Notes: generated from the letters alone by a model not told the origin. Counted from the first letter of the stretch, positions 1 to 13,699 are shown. The stretch: 64,000 nt of DNA from Octopus vulgaris (GCA_951406725.2 OX597836.1:39990001-40054000), one strand, 5' to 3'. Made by a program: numbers and translations.

Positions 1-391
1 GAATAAATCTTGTTTGTGTTTTTAGGAATCACGTAACAGAAGCATCGCTGCAAGAATTACGCTGCTTTTACGGCGAGGATTTACCTTACATTTCATAGTA
101 TGTGTGTGTGTTTGCATGTGTGTGTGTTTGCATGTGTGTGTAAGGCAGACAGAGAGACAGGGAAATACAGAGTACCAGAGAGAGGAGAGAGGAAGAGGAA
201 GGAAGAGAGAGAGAGAGAGAGAGAGAGCATTCGTTAATGACGTCAATGCATTTAATGGGATATTTGAAAACGTCTTTCATCTTTTCATCTGTTTCATCGC
301 CTTCTCCCCCTCCACCTCACCTCATTTTTTTCCCCACTTTCCTGCTCCCTTCTCCATTTCTCTTTTTTGCACCTACCTTGACTCCTTCTTC

Positions 392-427
<36 letters not shown>

Positions 428-916
428 TTCTTCTTCTCCTTTTTCTTTTCCTTTTTCTTCTCCTTTATCTTCTTCTTTTTTTTCTTCTCCTTTTTCTTCT
501 CCTTTATCTTCTTCTTCTTCTTTTTCTTCTCCTTTTTCTTCTCCTTTATCTTCTTCTTCTTCTTCTTCTTCTTCTTCTTCTCCTTTTTCTTTTCCTTTTT
601 CTTTTCCTTTTTCTTCTCCCTTATCTTCTTCTTCTACTTCTTTCTTCTTCTTCTTCTAGATCTTCTTTTTCTTCTTCTTCTCTTATTGTGCGTCTATGCT
701 TCTGGACCAAATAAAAGAATTCTTCCCCCTTCTTCTTTTCCTCCTCCCTCTCCTCTTCATCATCATCATCATCATCGTCATCATCGTCATCATTATCAGG
801 TGGACTTTGCCTTTTATCCTTACGGAGTCGATGAAACAAGCACCAGTTTCTCATTGAGGTCGATGAAATCAACTTACCCCTCCTTCTAAATTGCTGGTCT
901 TGTGCCTCTAGTAGAG

Positions 917-963
<47 letters not shown>

Positions 964-1170
964 GGCGGCAAGCTGGTAGAATCGTTAGCATGCCGGACGA
1001 AATGTTTAGTGGTATTTCACTCGTCGCTATATCCTGGGTTCAAATTCCGCCGAAGTCCACTTTGCCTTTCATCCATTCGGAGATCGATAAATTAAGTACC
1101 AGTAGTCGATGTAATCGACTTAAAACCTTCCTAAAACGTCAGTCCTTGAGACTATAATAGAAAGGATTAG
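964..1170 (+). mobile_element. SINE family A copy (tRNA-like head, GCCTTTCATCC..GTCGAT central domain)
   Basis: Starts GGCGGCAAGCTGGTAGAATCGTTAGCA, has a B-box-like GGTTCAAATTCC and central GCCTTTCATCCATTCGG..GATAAATTAAGTACCAG, and ends in (ATT)n. The same sequence recurs more than 12 times in the window. Confidence 0.85.
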
Positions 1171-1184
1171 CATTATTATTATCA

Positions 1185-1255
<71 letters not shown>

Positions 1256-1487
1256 TTCGTCATCATTTTCTTTCTCCTCATCCTCTTCTTGCTCGTTATC
1301 TCATTTTTGCTCTTTTCCTCGTTCCTCTTCTACCTTCTCCTCTGGTCTCTCATCCTCTCCATCCCCGTCACCTCTCCTTCCTGTTTATTCTATGCCATAT
1401 TAAACCACATGTGCATTATCAAATTGTTTCTGATTCAATACGTCGATGGCACGTGATTAATAAGCACATTTCCACCCCAACCTTCAG

Positions 1488-1519
<32 letters not shown>

Positions 1520-1678
1520 TTACTGCACCTGCACTTCACCTCAGCAAACCCAGCCTACCCCAAACGCCATCGGGTGTATAATAGACTTCATCTACAATAA
1601 TATAAACAAACATCACGTTCCTTACGTAGACCCACTCACACACGTATGCACCCATACGTATACACACACACACGTATG

Positions 1679-1859
<181 letters not shown>

Positions 1860-2534
1860 ACGCATTGAGTCGAAACAGGGGCCGCTGAAGAAGGGGAGTG
1901 TTCCTTGTGCTGTTTCTCTTGTACTCTGTTTTTTCGTTGTTAAAAAAAGTCCGTTTCCTTGTTTGGTTTTATGTTTTCGTTTCTCGTTGTGTTCTACGTT
2001 TATTTGTGGTGTCCTGTACTCATATATGCATGTATATATACATATAGATGTAGGTATGTACATATATGTATGTATGTATGTATGTATGCATATGTTTTAT
2101 TTATTAAATTGTTACTATATATATATATATATATATATATACATACACACACATATATATATATATATATTACCACCATACACATATACACATATACCTC
2201 AATACTATAAATAAAAACATCATAAAAAGATCATCTACGCGTTTCCATACAAACATATACAAACACAAGTATACACACGAGTTGCTCGATTAAAGGTGGT
2301 GCTCCAGCATGGCCGCAGTCAAAATGACTGAAACACGTAAAAAAAAAAGAGAAAAATACATACATGTACATACTCACACTTAACCATACACAAATACAGA
2401 CGTAAGCATACAAGCTGATATACACGCACATTCACACACATGCATACAAGCATCTACAAACACACATAAAACATACACACACTCAAACAAACATGCACAT
2501 ACACACACACACACACATAGAAGTATAGTAGTTC

Positions 2535-2751
2535 CAAGATTTGACACAAGGCCAGCAATTTCGTGATAGGAGTTAAAACGATAGCATTGACCCCCAGTGC
2601 GTAACTGGTACTTATTTTATCGACGCCGAAAGAATGAAAGGTAAAGTCGACCTCGGCAGAATTTGAACTCATAACGTAAAGACGAACGAAATGTCCCTCT
2701 CTCTCTTTCTGCATTTTGGCCAGCCTGTTAACGATTCTGCCAGCTCGCCGC
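2535..2751 (-). mobile_element. SINE family A copy
   Basis: Reverse complement of the family A consensus (AAAGTCGACCTCGGCAGAATTTGAACTC..GCCAGCTCGCC). Confidence 0.8.
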
Positions 2752-2903
2752 ATCACACACACACACACACACACACATACACACACAGGTGCACGTATAC
2801 ACGTAATTGTGTACAGATATATAGCAGCATTACATTCGGACATACATAGACGTACAGACGCATACACATAGACACACAGATACAAAATATACATACATAT
2901 ATG

Positions 2904-2947
<44 letters not shown>

Positions 2948-2967
2948 TTTATATACATATATATACT

Positions 2968-2999
<32 letters not shown>

Positions 3000-3981
3000 T
3001 ACGTATATGTATATATGTATATACATATATATATACATATATATATACATATATATATATACATATATACGTATATACATATATACATATATACATATAT
3101 ATATATACATATATACATATATGCATATAGACATATACACATATATATATATATATACATACATAAGAGATTACGTATACACAGACTAAACATTTTTCAA
3201 CATTGCAAATGAATACCGTTTCTCCCACGTACACACACATACACACAAATACATACTTACATACATACACACACACACATACATGAATGCATAGACTCCT
3301 CGTATAAACGCATCTGAATTCTCTACCACAAACACTCACGCACACACAAACACACACATACACATTCACACTCTCTCTCACACACACACACGCACACATA
3401 TACACACAGACACATTTAATAGACGTATTTTACCGCATAACAAACAAAAGCCTCTTAACCAAGACGCATACCCATATGGCTACACGCATACAGCCGAACA
3501 TGCAGAGTCGCACATTATATAGAACTACAAACAACAGCAAAAACAAAAATAAAAAAATAGAGACCTATTCGGTTCTGTTTGGTAAAGGACCTCCTATAAC
3601 CCCTTTGTTTCTCTTTGATTTGGTTAATAACCGGAAGTAGTATATTTTTTATGCCCTGTTAATTCACCCTGCAGATTTAGATTCAAAGTTTGAAATGTTT
3701 AGCTAATATATATGTGTGTGTATGTGTGCTTTTGTGTGTGTGTACATGCATATATATACATATATGTATGCGTGTGTGTATAAGCATATAAACACACACA
3801 CACATATATATATATATACACACTTTGCGAATGAATAAAAGAATGAATGAGCGGATGCACGTTAATGCATATAAACATGAAAAGAAAGAAAGATCACTCA
3901 ATACGAGGATAAGAGTGGATTCATATAAAATTCAGTGGCTGCTAAGATTTAACCAGTGAGACTGCGAGTTTAGCCTTTTGT

Positions 3982-4049
<68 letters not shown>

Positions 4050-4130
4050 AATATATATATATGAATATATATATATATATGACTATATATATATGTATAT
4101 ATATATGAATATATATATATATATATATGA

Positions 4131-4254
<124 letters not shown>

Positions 4255-5002
4255 TATATATATATGTGTGAATATATATATATATATATATATGAATATA
4301 TATATATATATATGAATACCTACACGCACACACACACACACACAGAAACACATGTGCACGCACACAGGCACTCAAATATTTATGTAAATGAGGAAGTCAC
4401 AAAATATCTGAAAGCACTGTATAATACATTTGAATATGAGCAATAACGTTATTGTGAAACGGTTTGATGTAAAGTATTGGACAGTGCAACTGTATGAATA
4501 GCAAGAAATGCTAGAAGGAAAAAATAGAATAATAAGAAGAAAAAACAGCTGAAAAATTATTGGTAAATTTGGGGTGAACTGAGAAGTATAAATAAACCGA
4601 AACAGATAGAAAAGGTGAACAAAAAATAGAAAGAGACTGAGCGAGAGCGTGAGAGAGAGAGATAGAAAAAGAGAGAGAGAGCAAGGAAAAAGAGTGGGTT
4701 TTTTTTATAGGTTGGTGGTTAACTTGAGATGAAAATATATGAAAGGATAATTGTTTAGGAGAAAAGAAGGGATAATAAAATATGAAATGTTGTTTGGAGT
4801 GAAAGTCAATTGCGGTGTAGACTAAGCGGTATGGCTTTGTATAAAATTATATGAATATATAACTTTTGTGACAGGTACAAATTTTCGGATTATAAGAGTG
4901 GGCCGGTAACACCATTTTCTCTTCCATGCATGTTTGAAATGAATATAGTATAATTAAGTACACAATTTAATGATTTGTTACTTTGCAATGACTCAGTATA
5001 TA

Positions 5003-6231
5003 CGAGGGGCGTTCAATAAGTAATGCCCCTGACCCACTTCCCATAGCAGTATAGCAACGACACTTGGCACAGTTATTAGTCTTTTCCTACATAGGAACTA
5101 CCCAGAGTTATGCATTTCTCCCATCGTTTGATACAGCTCTGGAGACCGTTTTTGTAGAAGACCCCAGCTTGGTCCTCCAACCACGACGTGACTTCAGAAA
5201 TCAAGGCTGCATCATCTGGGAAACGCTTTCCTTTCAAAATCAACTTCATGGCTGGGAAGAGGTGAAAATCAGAGGGTGCAAGGGGAGAAGTTCATAGCTG
5301 CACGCCTGTGCTTCTGATCTGGCGACACGCGAGTTGTGGACCGGAGCGTTGTCCTGCAGGATGAGGATGCCTTTGTTGATCTTGCCCCGCCTCTTGATTT
5401 TGATAGCTTCTCTTAATTTCCTCAAAAGTGAAGCATAATAGGCTCCTGTAATTGTGGTACCCTTTGCCAGGAAATCTGTCATCACTACTCCGTCCTGGTC
5501 CCAGAAGACTTCTTTGGAGGTGGTGAGTCACGGTGCTTTCCCTGCATTGACTGGGCTTTGGTCTATGGATCATAGTGATGGACCCAGGTTTTATCCTGTG
5601 TGATCAGTCTTTTGAAAAATGTTGACTCATCTTCTTGGCACATCTCCAAATTCATCCTTGAGCACTCAACGCGTTCTTGCTTCTGGAAAGGTGTGAGCAA
5701 CCTGGAAATCCATCTGGCAGACACCTTTTGCATATGCAAATGGTCATGAATGATAGTTTCCACAGACCCGGTACTAATCTTGACCTTATGGGCTATTTGG
5801 CGAATAGTTATGCGTTGACCTTCCAAAATGGCAGCCTCAACTTGACGGACAGACGTCTCATCAACGGCAGAAGGGGGCGACCAGATCTGGGAGCTGTTTC
5901 CACAGAGTTCCGACCATGTTTGAATTCACGATGCCAGCATTTTACAAGTTCATATGATGGGGCATCATCACCATAAGTTACTTTCATTTCATCAAAAGTC
6001 CCCCGTGGTGTGCGTCCTTTCAAATACAAAAACCGGATCACTGCTCGACACTCAACAGGCTCCATTTCACACTTGACTCAGTTCAATCACCTGTAAATCA
6101 GAAACCACAATTATTTCAGAGCTGTAATTCGCCACTTAATCTATAGATGTATAAATAAGTGCACATGCAAAATTTCAGCTAGATCAAACAACTGCAAGTG
6201 GGTCAGGGGCATTACTTATTGAACGCCCCTC

Positions 6232-6232
<1 letters not shown>
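5003..6232 (-). mobile_element. Mariner (Tc1/mariner) DNA transposon, full span, defective transposase
   Basis: Perfect 37-bp TIRs CGAGGGGCGTTCAATAAGTAATGCCCCTGACCCACTT at 5003-5039 and 6196-6232. TA lies on the left and TG/TA on the right. The interior encodes mariner transposase pieces. Confidence 0.95.
5100..6065 (-). pseudogene. Mariner transposase pseudogene (frameshifts, stop, deletions)
   Basis: Spread over three frames: MEPVECRAVIRFLYLKG..WHREFKHGRNSVETAPRSGRP (HTH), KVSARWISRLL (WVPRLL motif), LITQDKTWVHHYDP (first catalytic D) and ILILQDNAPVH (second D). The YSPDL region is damaged. Confidence 0.92.
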
Positions 6233-6321
<89 letters not shown>

Positions 6322-6688
6322 ATATATATATATTTGTGACGATATAAATGATGACATATAAATATTGAATTTTTATTCAATCTATTCCGAGGATGAAAGA
6401 TTTCGAACATTTCAGTGGTGTGTAAATAATAAAATCGTGTAAAGTTTCTAGTGGTGCAACATTTTCTATTTGATGTTGATAATGCTAAGTTTATCTTTCA
6501 TGTTCCAAATGTCTTATGACAAAGGTGTGCCTGCTCGTCGAAGTGGAGTTTTGTGCGTATGCCTTGTTACATCGCAATTTAAAAGAGTCATTTGTTAAAC
6601 TTATATAACTTTTAATTATTGGTACATTTCTGAGTTCCTTGTCAGACAATTACTGTTTACGGCTCATTTATTATTATTATTATTATTA

Positions 6689-7100
6689 AGGCAGCGAGCT
6701 GGCGGAACCGTTACCACATTGGACAAAATAATTAGTGATACTTCTCTCAGCTCTTTACGTTCTGAGTTCAAATTCCACTGGGATCAAATTTGCGTTTCAT
6801 TATTTCGACCCCGAAATGATGAAAGGCAAGGCCTAGTACTCGGATCTATGCAATCGAAAAACTCACACTCCCGTTCAGCCCGAAACTAACATTCATTATC
6901 AATTTGCGCGCTGGCAGAATCCTTAGCTTTACGGATAAAATGAGTACCTGCATTTCACACATCTTTAAGATCTGAGTCCTAATTTCGCTGTGGCCGACGT
7001 TGCCTTTCATCTTCTCCAGTTGAACGCGGGGGTCGATGTAATCGACTTAACCCTTACTCCCAAAATTACTAGGTTTGTGCTAAAATTAGAAACCATTCTT
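6689..7100 (+). mobile_element. Two degenerate SINE family A copies
   Basis: GGCAGCGAGCTGGCGGAACCGTT..TCTGAGTTCAAATTCC, followed by a second GCTGGCAGAATCC..GCCTTTCATC..GGTCGATGTAATCGAC. Confidence 0.65.
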
Positions 7101-7204
7101 ATTATCTAAATTTATTCTGCATTTATTTCCATTTTGTGTCTTCTTGCAGTTGTATCAATTAATGCTGCTACTTTTCGAAGTTATTCTTCATTAAATCATG
7201 AGAT

Positions 7205-7485
7205 CCATGCCTGGATCATAAGGGCCTGTTTCCCAGTTTCTTTGGCGTATAGGTTCCCCACCTGGACGGGACGCCGGTCCGTCGCAGGTGAGCTGCAAGA
7301 TGCAGGAGGAAAGAGTGAGAGAAAGTTGTGGCGAAAGAGTCAGCAGAAGATCGCCATTACCTTAGACGGTAATGGCGAACTTAGGTGTTTCGCTCATAAA
7401 CACACACATCGCCCATTCTGAGACTCGAACCCGCGATCCCTCGACCGTGAGTCCGCTGCTCTACCCACTAGGCCATGTGCCCCCA
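7205..7485 (-). mobile_element. SINE family C-type head with alternative tail (variant 2)
   Basis: The minus strand starts GGCACATGGCCTAGTGGGTAGAGCAGCGGACTCACGGTCGAGGGATCGCGGGTTCGAGTCTC (A and B boxes). It shares the CTCTTTCGCCACAACTTTCTCTCACTCTTT body and then has a different tail. Confidence 0.75.
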
Positions 7486-7510
7486 CATTTATTTGACATT
7501 TATTTCTTTT

Positions 7511-7704
7511 CAAGAGACACACTTAAAGACAAGAGACTCAGGAGGAAGGCACGAACCGCCTCTGACACCACACCGGATGTTACCTTCGTCTGTGGACACT
7601 TCTCACGGACCTGCCTTTCCCTAATCGGACTTGTCAGTCATGAGCGTGCATGCACGCGACGTGGACAGCCTTCCTGATCTTCGTTCGCGAAGCCGAGCCA
7701 TGAC
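7511..7704 (+). mobile_element. RTE (BovB-like) LINE 3' fragment with C-terminal zinc-finger remnant
   Basis: Translates KDKRLRRKART..FVCGHFSRTCLSLIGLVSHERAC*, followed by a short 3' UTR TCTTCGTTCGCGAAGCCGAGCCATGA. This is typical of RTE/BovB ORF ends. Confidence 0.7.
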
Positions 7705-8194
7705 TTGTTCTTTTAAGGATCCTAGTGGACAGATTACTCAGAAAAAATGTTTGAGGCCCTTGAAGGGGATACAAAGTTCATGAAGAGGTAAGACAAAAGG
7801 TCTATCGATTCAAGTGACTCAAATTCTTTAGAATAAGTAACTGGGCACATGTCGATAGAATTGAAGGTTCCAGCACTTCAGACACTATATGTCATTTTAA
7901 GGACCTCAAGGCTCGCCAGTTCTAGAAAAAAAATCATTTAGATACTATCAGCAACAAGTGACATAACCGAGACATTAAAAACAACTGACTGCAATCCGGG
8001 ATCGAACTGGAATCGTTGAGTCATCAACATGGTGGTCATTATGCTGTTTACTAAAATGGCTTTAATAATATTGAAGTGAAAATCGATAAAAGGAAAGCAA
8101 GAGGTGTTTGATGATGATAATTGGTGAGGCTTTAATCATTGCTGCTACTGCTGCTGCTGCTACATCTGCTATTGCTGTTGTTCCTGCTGCTGTT

Positions 8195-8560
8195 TGTTTC
8201 TTGAGCGTAGCGGTCTTCGTCCCAGAGTGGGAGAAGTCCGAAACGTGGTCCTTTGATATTCATAAGACCCGCAGAAGAGAAAGCAGATCAACCCCCGACA
8301 CCGAGAGCATCGACGGATGGATGAATGCGCATCCAGGCTCAGCGGTTGCGTAGGAAGTCGGGGACAGGAAACAGGATGAAAGAGTGAGAGAATGTTGGAG
8401 CGAAAGAGTACAACAGGGGTCGCCACCACCCCCTGCCGGAGCCTCGTGGAGCTTTAGGTGTTTTCGCTGAATAAACACTCACAACGCCCGGTCTCAGAGT
8501 CGAAACCGTGATCCTCCGACCGCGAGTCCGCTGCCCTAACCACTGGGCCATTGCGCCTCC
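8195..8560 (-). mobile_element. SINE family C head with alternative tail (variant 3)
   Basis: Head GGAGGCGCAATGGCCCAGTGGTTAGGGCAGCGGACTCGCGGTC on the minus strand and the shared body. The following ~190-nt tail is unrelated to the other copies. Confidence 0.8.
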
Positions 8561-8888
8561 ACTGCTGCTGCTGCTGTAAGGGAGAATGGTGATGATGGAA
8601 AAAGATGATGACAACGATAAAAGCAAGATGATGAAGATACTGCTGATGGTGCTGGTGATGATGATGATGATGATGACGACGACGACGATAATGATGATGA
8701 TGATGATGATGATGATGACGACGACAACGATGGCGGCGACGACAGTATGGGGGGATGGTGGAGGAAAAGATTCGATAAGGCTTTTTCTTCCTGAGAATAA
8801 GACGTGGGAAGAATATACACAAGATGACCATGAAACGTTCGAACGGAAGAATAAATGAAACGACATTGAGAGAAAACTGCTTGTGATA

Positions 8889-8933
<45 letters not shown>

Positions 8934-9010
8934 TATTCTCTCTTCCGCCTTATCTCTCTTTCTCTATCTATCTATTTATCTGTCTATCTCTCTCTCTCGC
9001 TCTCTCGCTC

Positions 9011-9067
<57 letters not shown>

Positions 9068-9095
9068 CATCATATATATATATATATATATATAT

Positions 9096-9127
<32 letters not shown>

Positions 9128-9325
9128 CATATATATATATATATATATATCATCATCATATATATATATATATATATATATATGTAACTTAGCGGTTCGG
9201 CAAAAGAAAATGATAGAATAAGAACTAAGCTGACAAAGAACAAGTCGATTTGTTCGACTAACGTGGTGCTTCAGCATGGCCGCAGTCAAATAATTGAAAC
9301 AAGTAAAATATTAAAAAAGAGTGAG

Positions 9326-9358
<33 letters not shown>

Positions 9359-10019
9359 GAAAAAAAGAGAGAGAGGGAGTTAGATAAATATGTGTGTGTG
9401 TATACAGATATATTTGTGTGTACGTGTATGTATATGTGTGTAATCTGTGTATGTATATGTAGATATGTGTATAATGAGTGTGATTGAGAAAGAGAGATAC
9501 CGATGCCTAGGAATAGAAAGGGAGCGAGAGAGAGAGAGAGAGAGAGAGTGAGTGAGTGAGTGAGTAAGTAAGTGAGTGAGTGAGTGAGTGAGTGAGTGAG
9601 TGAGTGAGTGAGTGAGTGAGTGAGTGAGTGAATGAGAGTAATACTGCGAGGGTAAGGAGAAAATAATTGATAAAGGGTGGAAGGGAGAATATGAGATTCT
9701 AAAAAAAAGAATGTAAGAATGAGCGAGGAAAAAGCGTTGTAAAGGAAACAAAGGCAGAAAGAGAGAAAACATGAAGAAAGCTAGAAAAAAGTAGATGGAT
9801 ATGAGAAGGAATCAGAGGGAGAATTAGCAAAATAGAAAGTGCAATGTATATGAATTATAATTCAAAATTAATGATTGTTATTTGTTTCGCGATAAGAGTT
9901 TTTAATAACTATGTGGCAAAACGTATGTCAATAAAACGAAATATATGCATGAAAAATATATTCCCCTCCTCTCTAGAACCAACAGAAACGTTAATATTAT
10001 GGATAAAATAATAATTACA

Positions 10020-10040
10020 AGAACAAATAATAATAATAAC

Positions 10041-10090
<50 letters not shown>

Positions 10091-10238
10091 CATTAATAAT
10101 AATAATAATAATAAAAACAATAATAATAACAATAATAATAATAATAGTAATAATAATAATAAAAACAATAATAATAATAAAAACAATAATAATAATAATA
10201 ATGAGAATAATAAAAACAAGAATAATAATAATAAAGAC

Positions 10239-10276
<38 letters not shown>

Positions 10277-10287
10277 CAATAATAATA

Positions 10288-10323
<36 letters not shown>

Positions 10324-10427
10324 AAAACAATAGTAATAATAATAAAAACGATAATGATAATAATAATAACAATAATACTAATAATATGATGATGATGATG
10401 ATGAAGATGTTGATAATAATGACAATG

Positions 10428-10485
<58 letters not shown>

Positions 10486-10505
10486 TGATGATGATGATGA
10501 TGATG
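10020..10505. repeat. (AAT)n/(GAT)n trinucleotide microsatellite block
   Basis: Direct reading; it produces the poly-N, poly-I and poly-L ORFs in the track. Confidence 0.95.
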
Positions 10506-11013
10506 CTATTTACAATATAAAAATAAGGATAAAAATATGGCGCTCAAAAATATCTCAAACGTTATAACTAAATAATTTGATCAATAAGGAGAAATAAAAA
10601 TGCTATGAAAAATCAACCAGCATGAAAATGGGATTTTAAATCGTAATAAATTATTTCTTTTATTTTTCTATTTTTCTGAGATTTTTCTTCTGCTTTTTTT
10701 TTTTGTTTTTGTTTTTTTAATGAGGAATAGTTTTCGCGTAGTTGGGAATCCAATATCTGATCTGGTTATTTTAAAATATAGGGACTTTGGCAAAGCCAGT
10801 TGTTATTTGACGAGCCGTAAAATCCATATGTAGACATATATAGATATATACCTTCCTTATCAATTAACGTCCGCTTTCCATATACATACATACATACATA
10901 CATACATGTTTCTTAATTGATCGCTGAGGGACAAACAAAAAGGGAACAAACAAGGACAGACAAAGTGATTAAATCGATTACATCAACCCTAGTGCGTAAC
11001 TGGTAACTGGTAC

Positions 11014-11048
<35 letters not shown>

Positions 11049-11050
<2 letters not shown>

Positions 11051-11212
11051 GACAGGCTTCTTTCAGTTTCCGTCTACCAAATCCACTCACAAGGCTTTGG
11101 TCGGCCTGAGGCTATAGTATAAGACACTTACCCAAGGTGCCACGGAGTGGGACTGAACCCGGAACCATGTGGTTTGTAAGCAAGCTACTTACCACACATC
11201 CACTCCTACGCC
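11049..11212 (-). mobile_element. SINE family B, 5' half
   Basis: Reverse complement of GGAGTGGCTGTGTGGTAAGTAGCTTGCTT..GACGGAAACTGAAAGAAGCC. Confidence 0.8.
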
Positions 11213-11357
11213 TAATGTATGTATGTATGTGTGTATATACACACGTGCGTTTGCATGTATGCATTATGTATGAAAGAATGTATATATTAGTACCTGTATA
11301 TTTCCGCGCAATCCAAGAAGGAAGCATCAATAGAGGGCAAAGATCCTTTTACATAAA

Positions 11358-11443
<86 letters not shown>

Positions 11444-11743
11444 AAGAGACACACAGATGGAGGTACGAATGCGGTGGTGCTTCTTGTTTTTTCTCTGCTC
11501 ATTGGGTTCTGGTTTAAAGCGTTCTTACCCCACCCCATTTTCTAGCCTCACCCACACAGCCCAGCGCACCTTTCGTTTGTAAAATCTATTTCCATTACTA
11601 TTTTCCATTACATTCATACACATATTCGTACACGCACATTCATATATATATAGGAATATTCTTGCACACACACACACACACACATACATACACATATACA
11701 TATATGTATATACATACACAAATACATATACATAAATACATAA

Positions 11744-11812
<69 letters not shown>

Positions 11813-11814
11813 TA

Positions 11815-11976
11815 GGCGCAGGAGTGGCTGTGTGGTAAGTAGCTTGCTTACCAACCACATGGTTCCGGGTTCATTCCCACTGCGTAGCACTTTGGGCAAG
11901 TGTCTTCTGCTATAGCCTCGGGCCGACCAAACCTTGTGAGGGGATTTTGTAGACGGAAACTGAAAGAAGCCCGTCG

Positions 11977-12009
<33 letters not shown>

Positions 12010-12180
12010 ATATGTTTGTATGTCTCTTGATAACCGATACTGGTGTGTTTACGTCCCCGTAACTTAGCGGTTCGGCTAAAGAGCCCGATAGAATAAGCAC
12101 TAGGCTTACAAAGAATAAGTCCTGGGGTCGAGTTGCTCGACTAAAGGCGGTGCTCCAGCATGGCCGCAGTAAAAGAGTAA
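11815..12180 (+). mobile_element. SINE family B, near full length (tRNA-like head, CORE-like segment, internal microsatellite)
   Basis: A-box-like GTGGCTGTGTGG, B-box-like GGTTCATTCCC, CORE-like TTGGGCAAGTGTCTTCTGCTATAGCCTC, internal (TA)n(TG)n and a 3' part ending GGCCGCAGTAAAAGAGTAA. Confidence 0.85.
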
Positions 12181-12740
12181 ATATACACGTGTGTGTGCGT
12201 GTGTATGTGGGCGTATTTGTTTGTGCGTATGTAACAAGTTTGTTCATGTGAAGCTAATTATTTCATAATTTCTAGACATAAACAATATGATGAGTGCATG
12301 ATATATCACGTCCGTTTCCAATGAATGCACAAAATATTGTGTCTGCAAATATATAGAGAGAGTGAAAGTCCAAACCGATTCAAAATGTCAAGAAAAAAGC
12401 ATTTAGCTTCTCAATATCAAGTGAAACAACACAGATGAAACGTCGATTGTACAAAGAAACAGACCAAGTAATGCAACAATGCCTCGCTTTCCGCGGCATC
12501 TCTCAGGCGTTGACTATTAATGACACCCATGACCTTCTGTTCCCCTAATGATCATTCTGGTTCCAGCTGGTCACGTCTTCGAGTGCTTGCCGCTGTCTTC
12601 CCTGCTTTCTTCTTTTTTTCATACGAACCACATGGTTCCGGGCACCTTGCGTAAGTGTCTTCTACTATAGCCTCGGGCCGACCAAAGTCTTGTGAGTGGA
12701 TTTGGTAGACGGAAACTGAAAGAAGCCCGTCGTATATATG

Positions 12741-12826
<86 letters not shown>

Positions 12827-12878
12827 CGTTTAAATATTTGTTGTGCAAGATTTTTTATGTGAAGTCGTGTGTTGAAAC

Positions 12879-13192
12879 AGATATTGTTATATTTCGGAAT
12901 GGTCATATTGCCAGTTTAGCCAATAAAAACACACGCACTATATATTTGGTGTTATTTTGCTTCAGTGATATTTATGGCTGATGGTTAGTAAGGAGAGACA
13001 CAAATACGAAAGAAGAAAACAAAGGACCACTGATGCGGTCACAGGAGTGTGACGAAAGAACTCTGGCCGAAATAAGATTAAGATTAATGTAAAAAATAAA
13101 TATCACTGAAGCAAAATAATACCAAATATATAGTGCGTGTGTTTTTATTGGCTAAACTGGCAATATGACCATTCCGAAATATAACAATATCT
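12879..13192. mobile_element. Fold-back element (97-bp inverted arms) with a hammerhead-like motif; Penelope-like terminal repeat
   Basis: Arms 12879-12975 and 13096-13192 are reverse complements with 1 mismatch. The spacer contains CCA-CTGATGC-GGTCAC..GTGAC-GAAA-GAACTC-TGG. A single-arm copy lies at 51060-51257. Confidence 0.7.
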
Positions 13193-13214
13193 ATATATAT
13201 ATATATATATATAT

Positions 13215-13377
13215 ATTCTTTCCTTTTTTTCTCTCCTTGTTTTTTCTGTGTCCCTTTCTGTAGAAGAGCGTAGGCTTGAAACGTAAAAGACATTTTCTAT
13301 TCCTGAGCGTTAAACTAATACATATGTTTGTTTTGTACACCACCTGTCTTCGTCTTTTTTTTTTTGTAAACTCTCCC

Positions 13378-13380
<3 letters not shown>
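13215..13380 (+). mobile_element. Short Penelope-like terminal-repeat element with minimal hammerhead variant
   Basis: CTTT-CTGTAGA-AGAGCGTAGGCTT-GAAACGTA-AAAG; related copies at ~54270-54440 and 59581-59760; flanked by (TA)n. Confidence 0.55.
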
Positions 13381-13460
<80 letters not shown>

Positions 13461-13469
<9 letters not shown>

Positions 13470-13670
13470 TGTGTCTGTGTCTGTTCCCCAAAATCGCTTG
13501 ACAACCGATGCTGGTGTGTCTACGTCCCCGTAACTTAGCGATTCGGCAAAAGAGACCGATAGAATAAGTACTGGGCTTACAAAGAATAAGTCGTGGGGTC
13601 GAATTGCTCGACTAAATGCGGTGTTCCAGCATGGCCACAGTCACATGACTGAAACAAGTAAAAGAGTAAA
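13461..13670 (+). mobile_element. SINE family B, 3' half
   Basis: CGCTTGACAACCGATGCTGGTGTG..GAATAAGTACTGGGCTTACAAAGAATAAG..TGACTGAAACAAGTAAAAGAG. Confidence 0.8.
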
Positions 13671-13699
13671 ATGATATAAGAGTACCAAATGTTCAGGGT

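Noticed and set aside
104-889. 261-aa ORF rich in F, I and H
   Set aside because: Built from (GA)n, (CAT)n and (CTT)n microsatellites and ending in a SINE fragment; no domain.
9902-10520. Poly-N / poly-L ORFs
   Set aside because: (AAT)n microsatellite.
12480-12615. Possible LINE C-terminal remnant (RKQGRQRQ..RRSWVSLIVN on minus)
   Set aside because: Too short and too disrupted to assign confidently.
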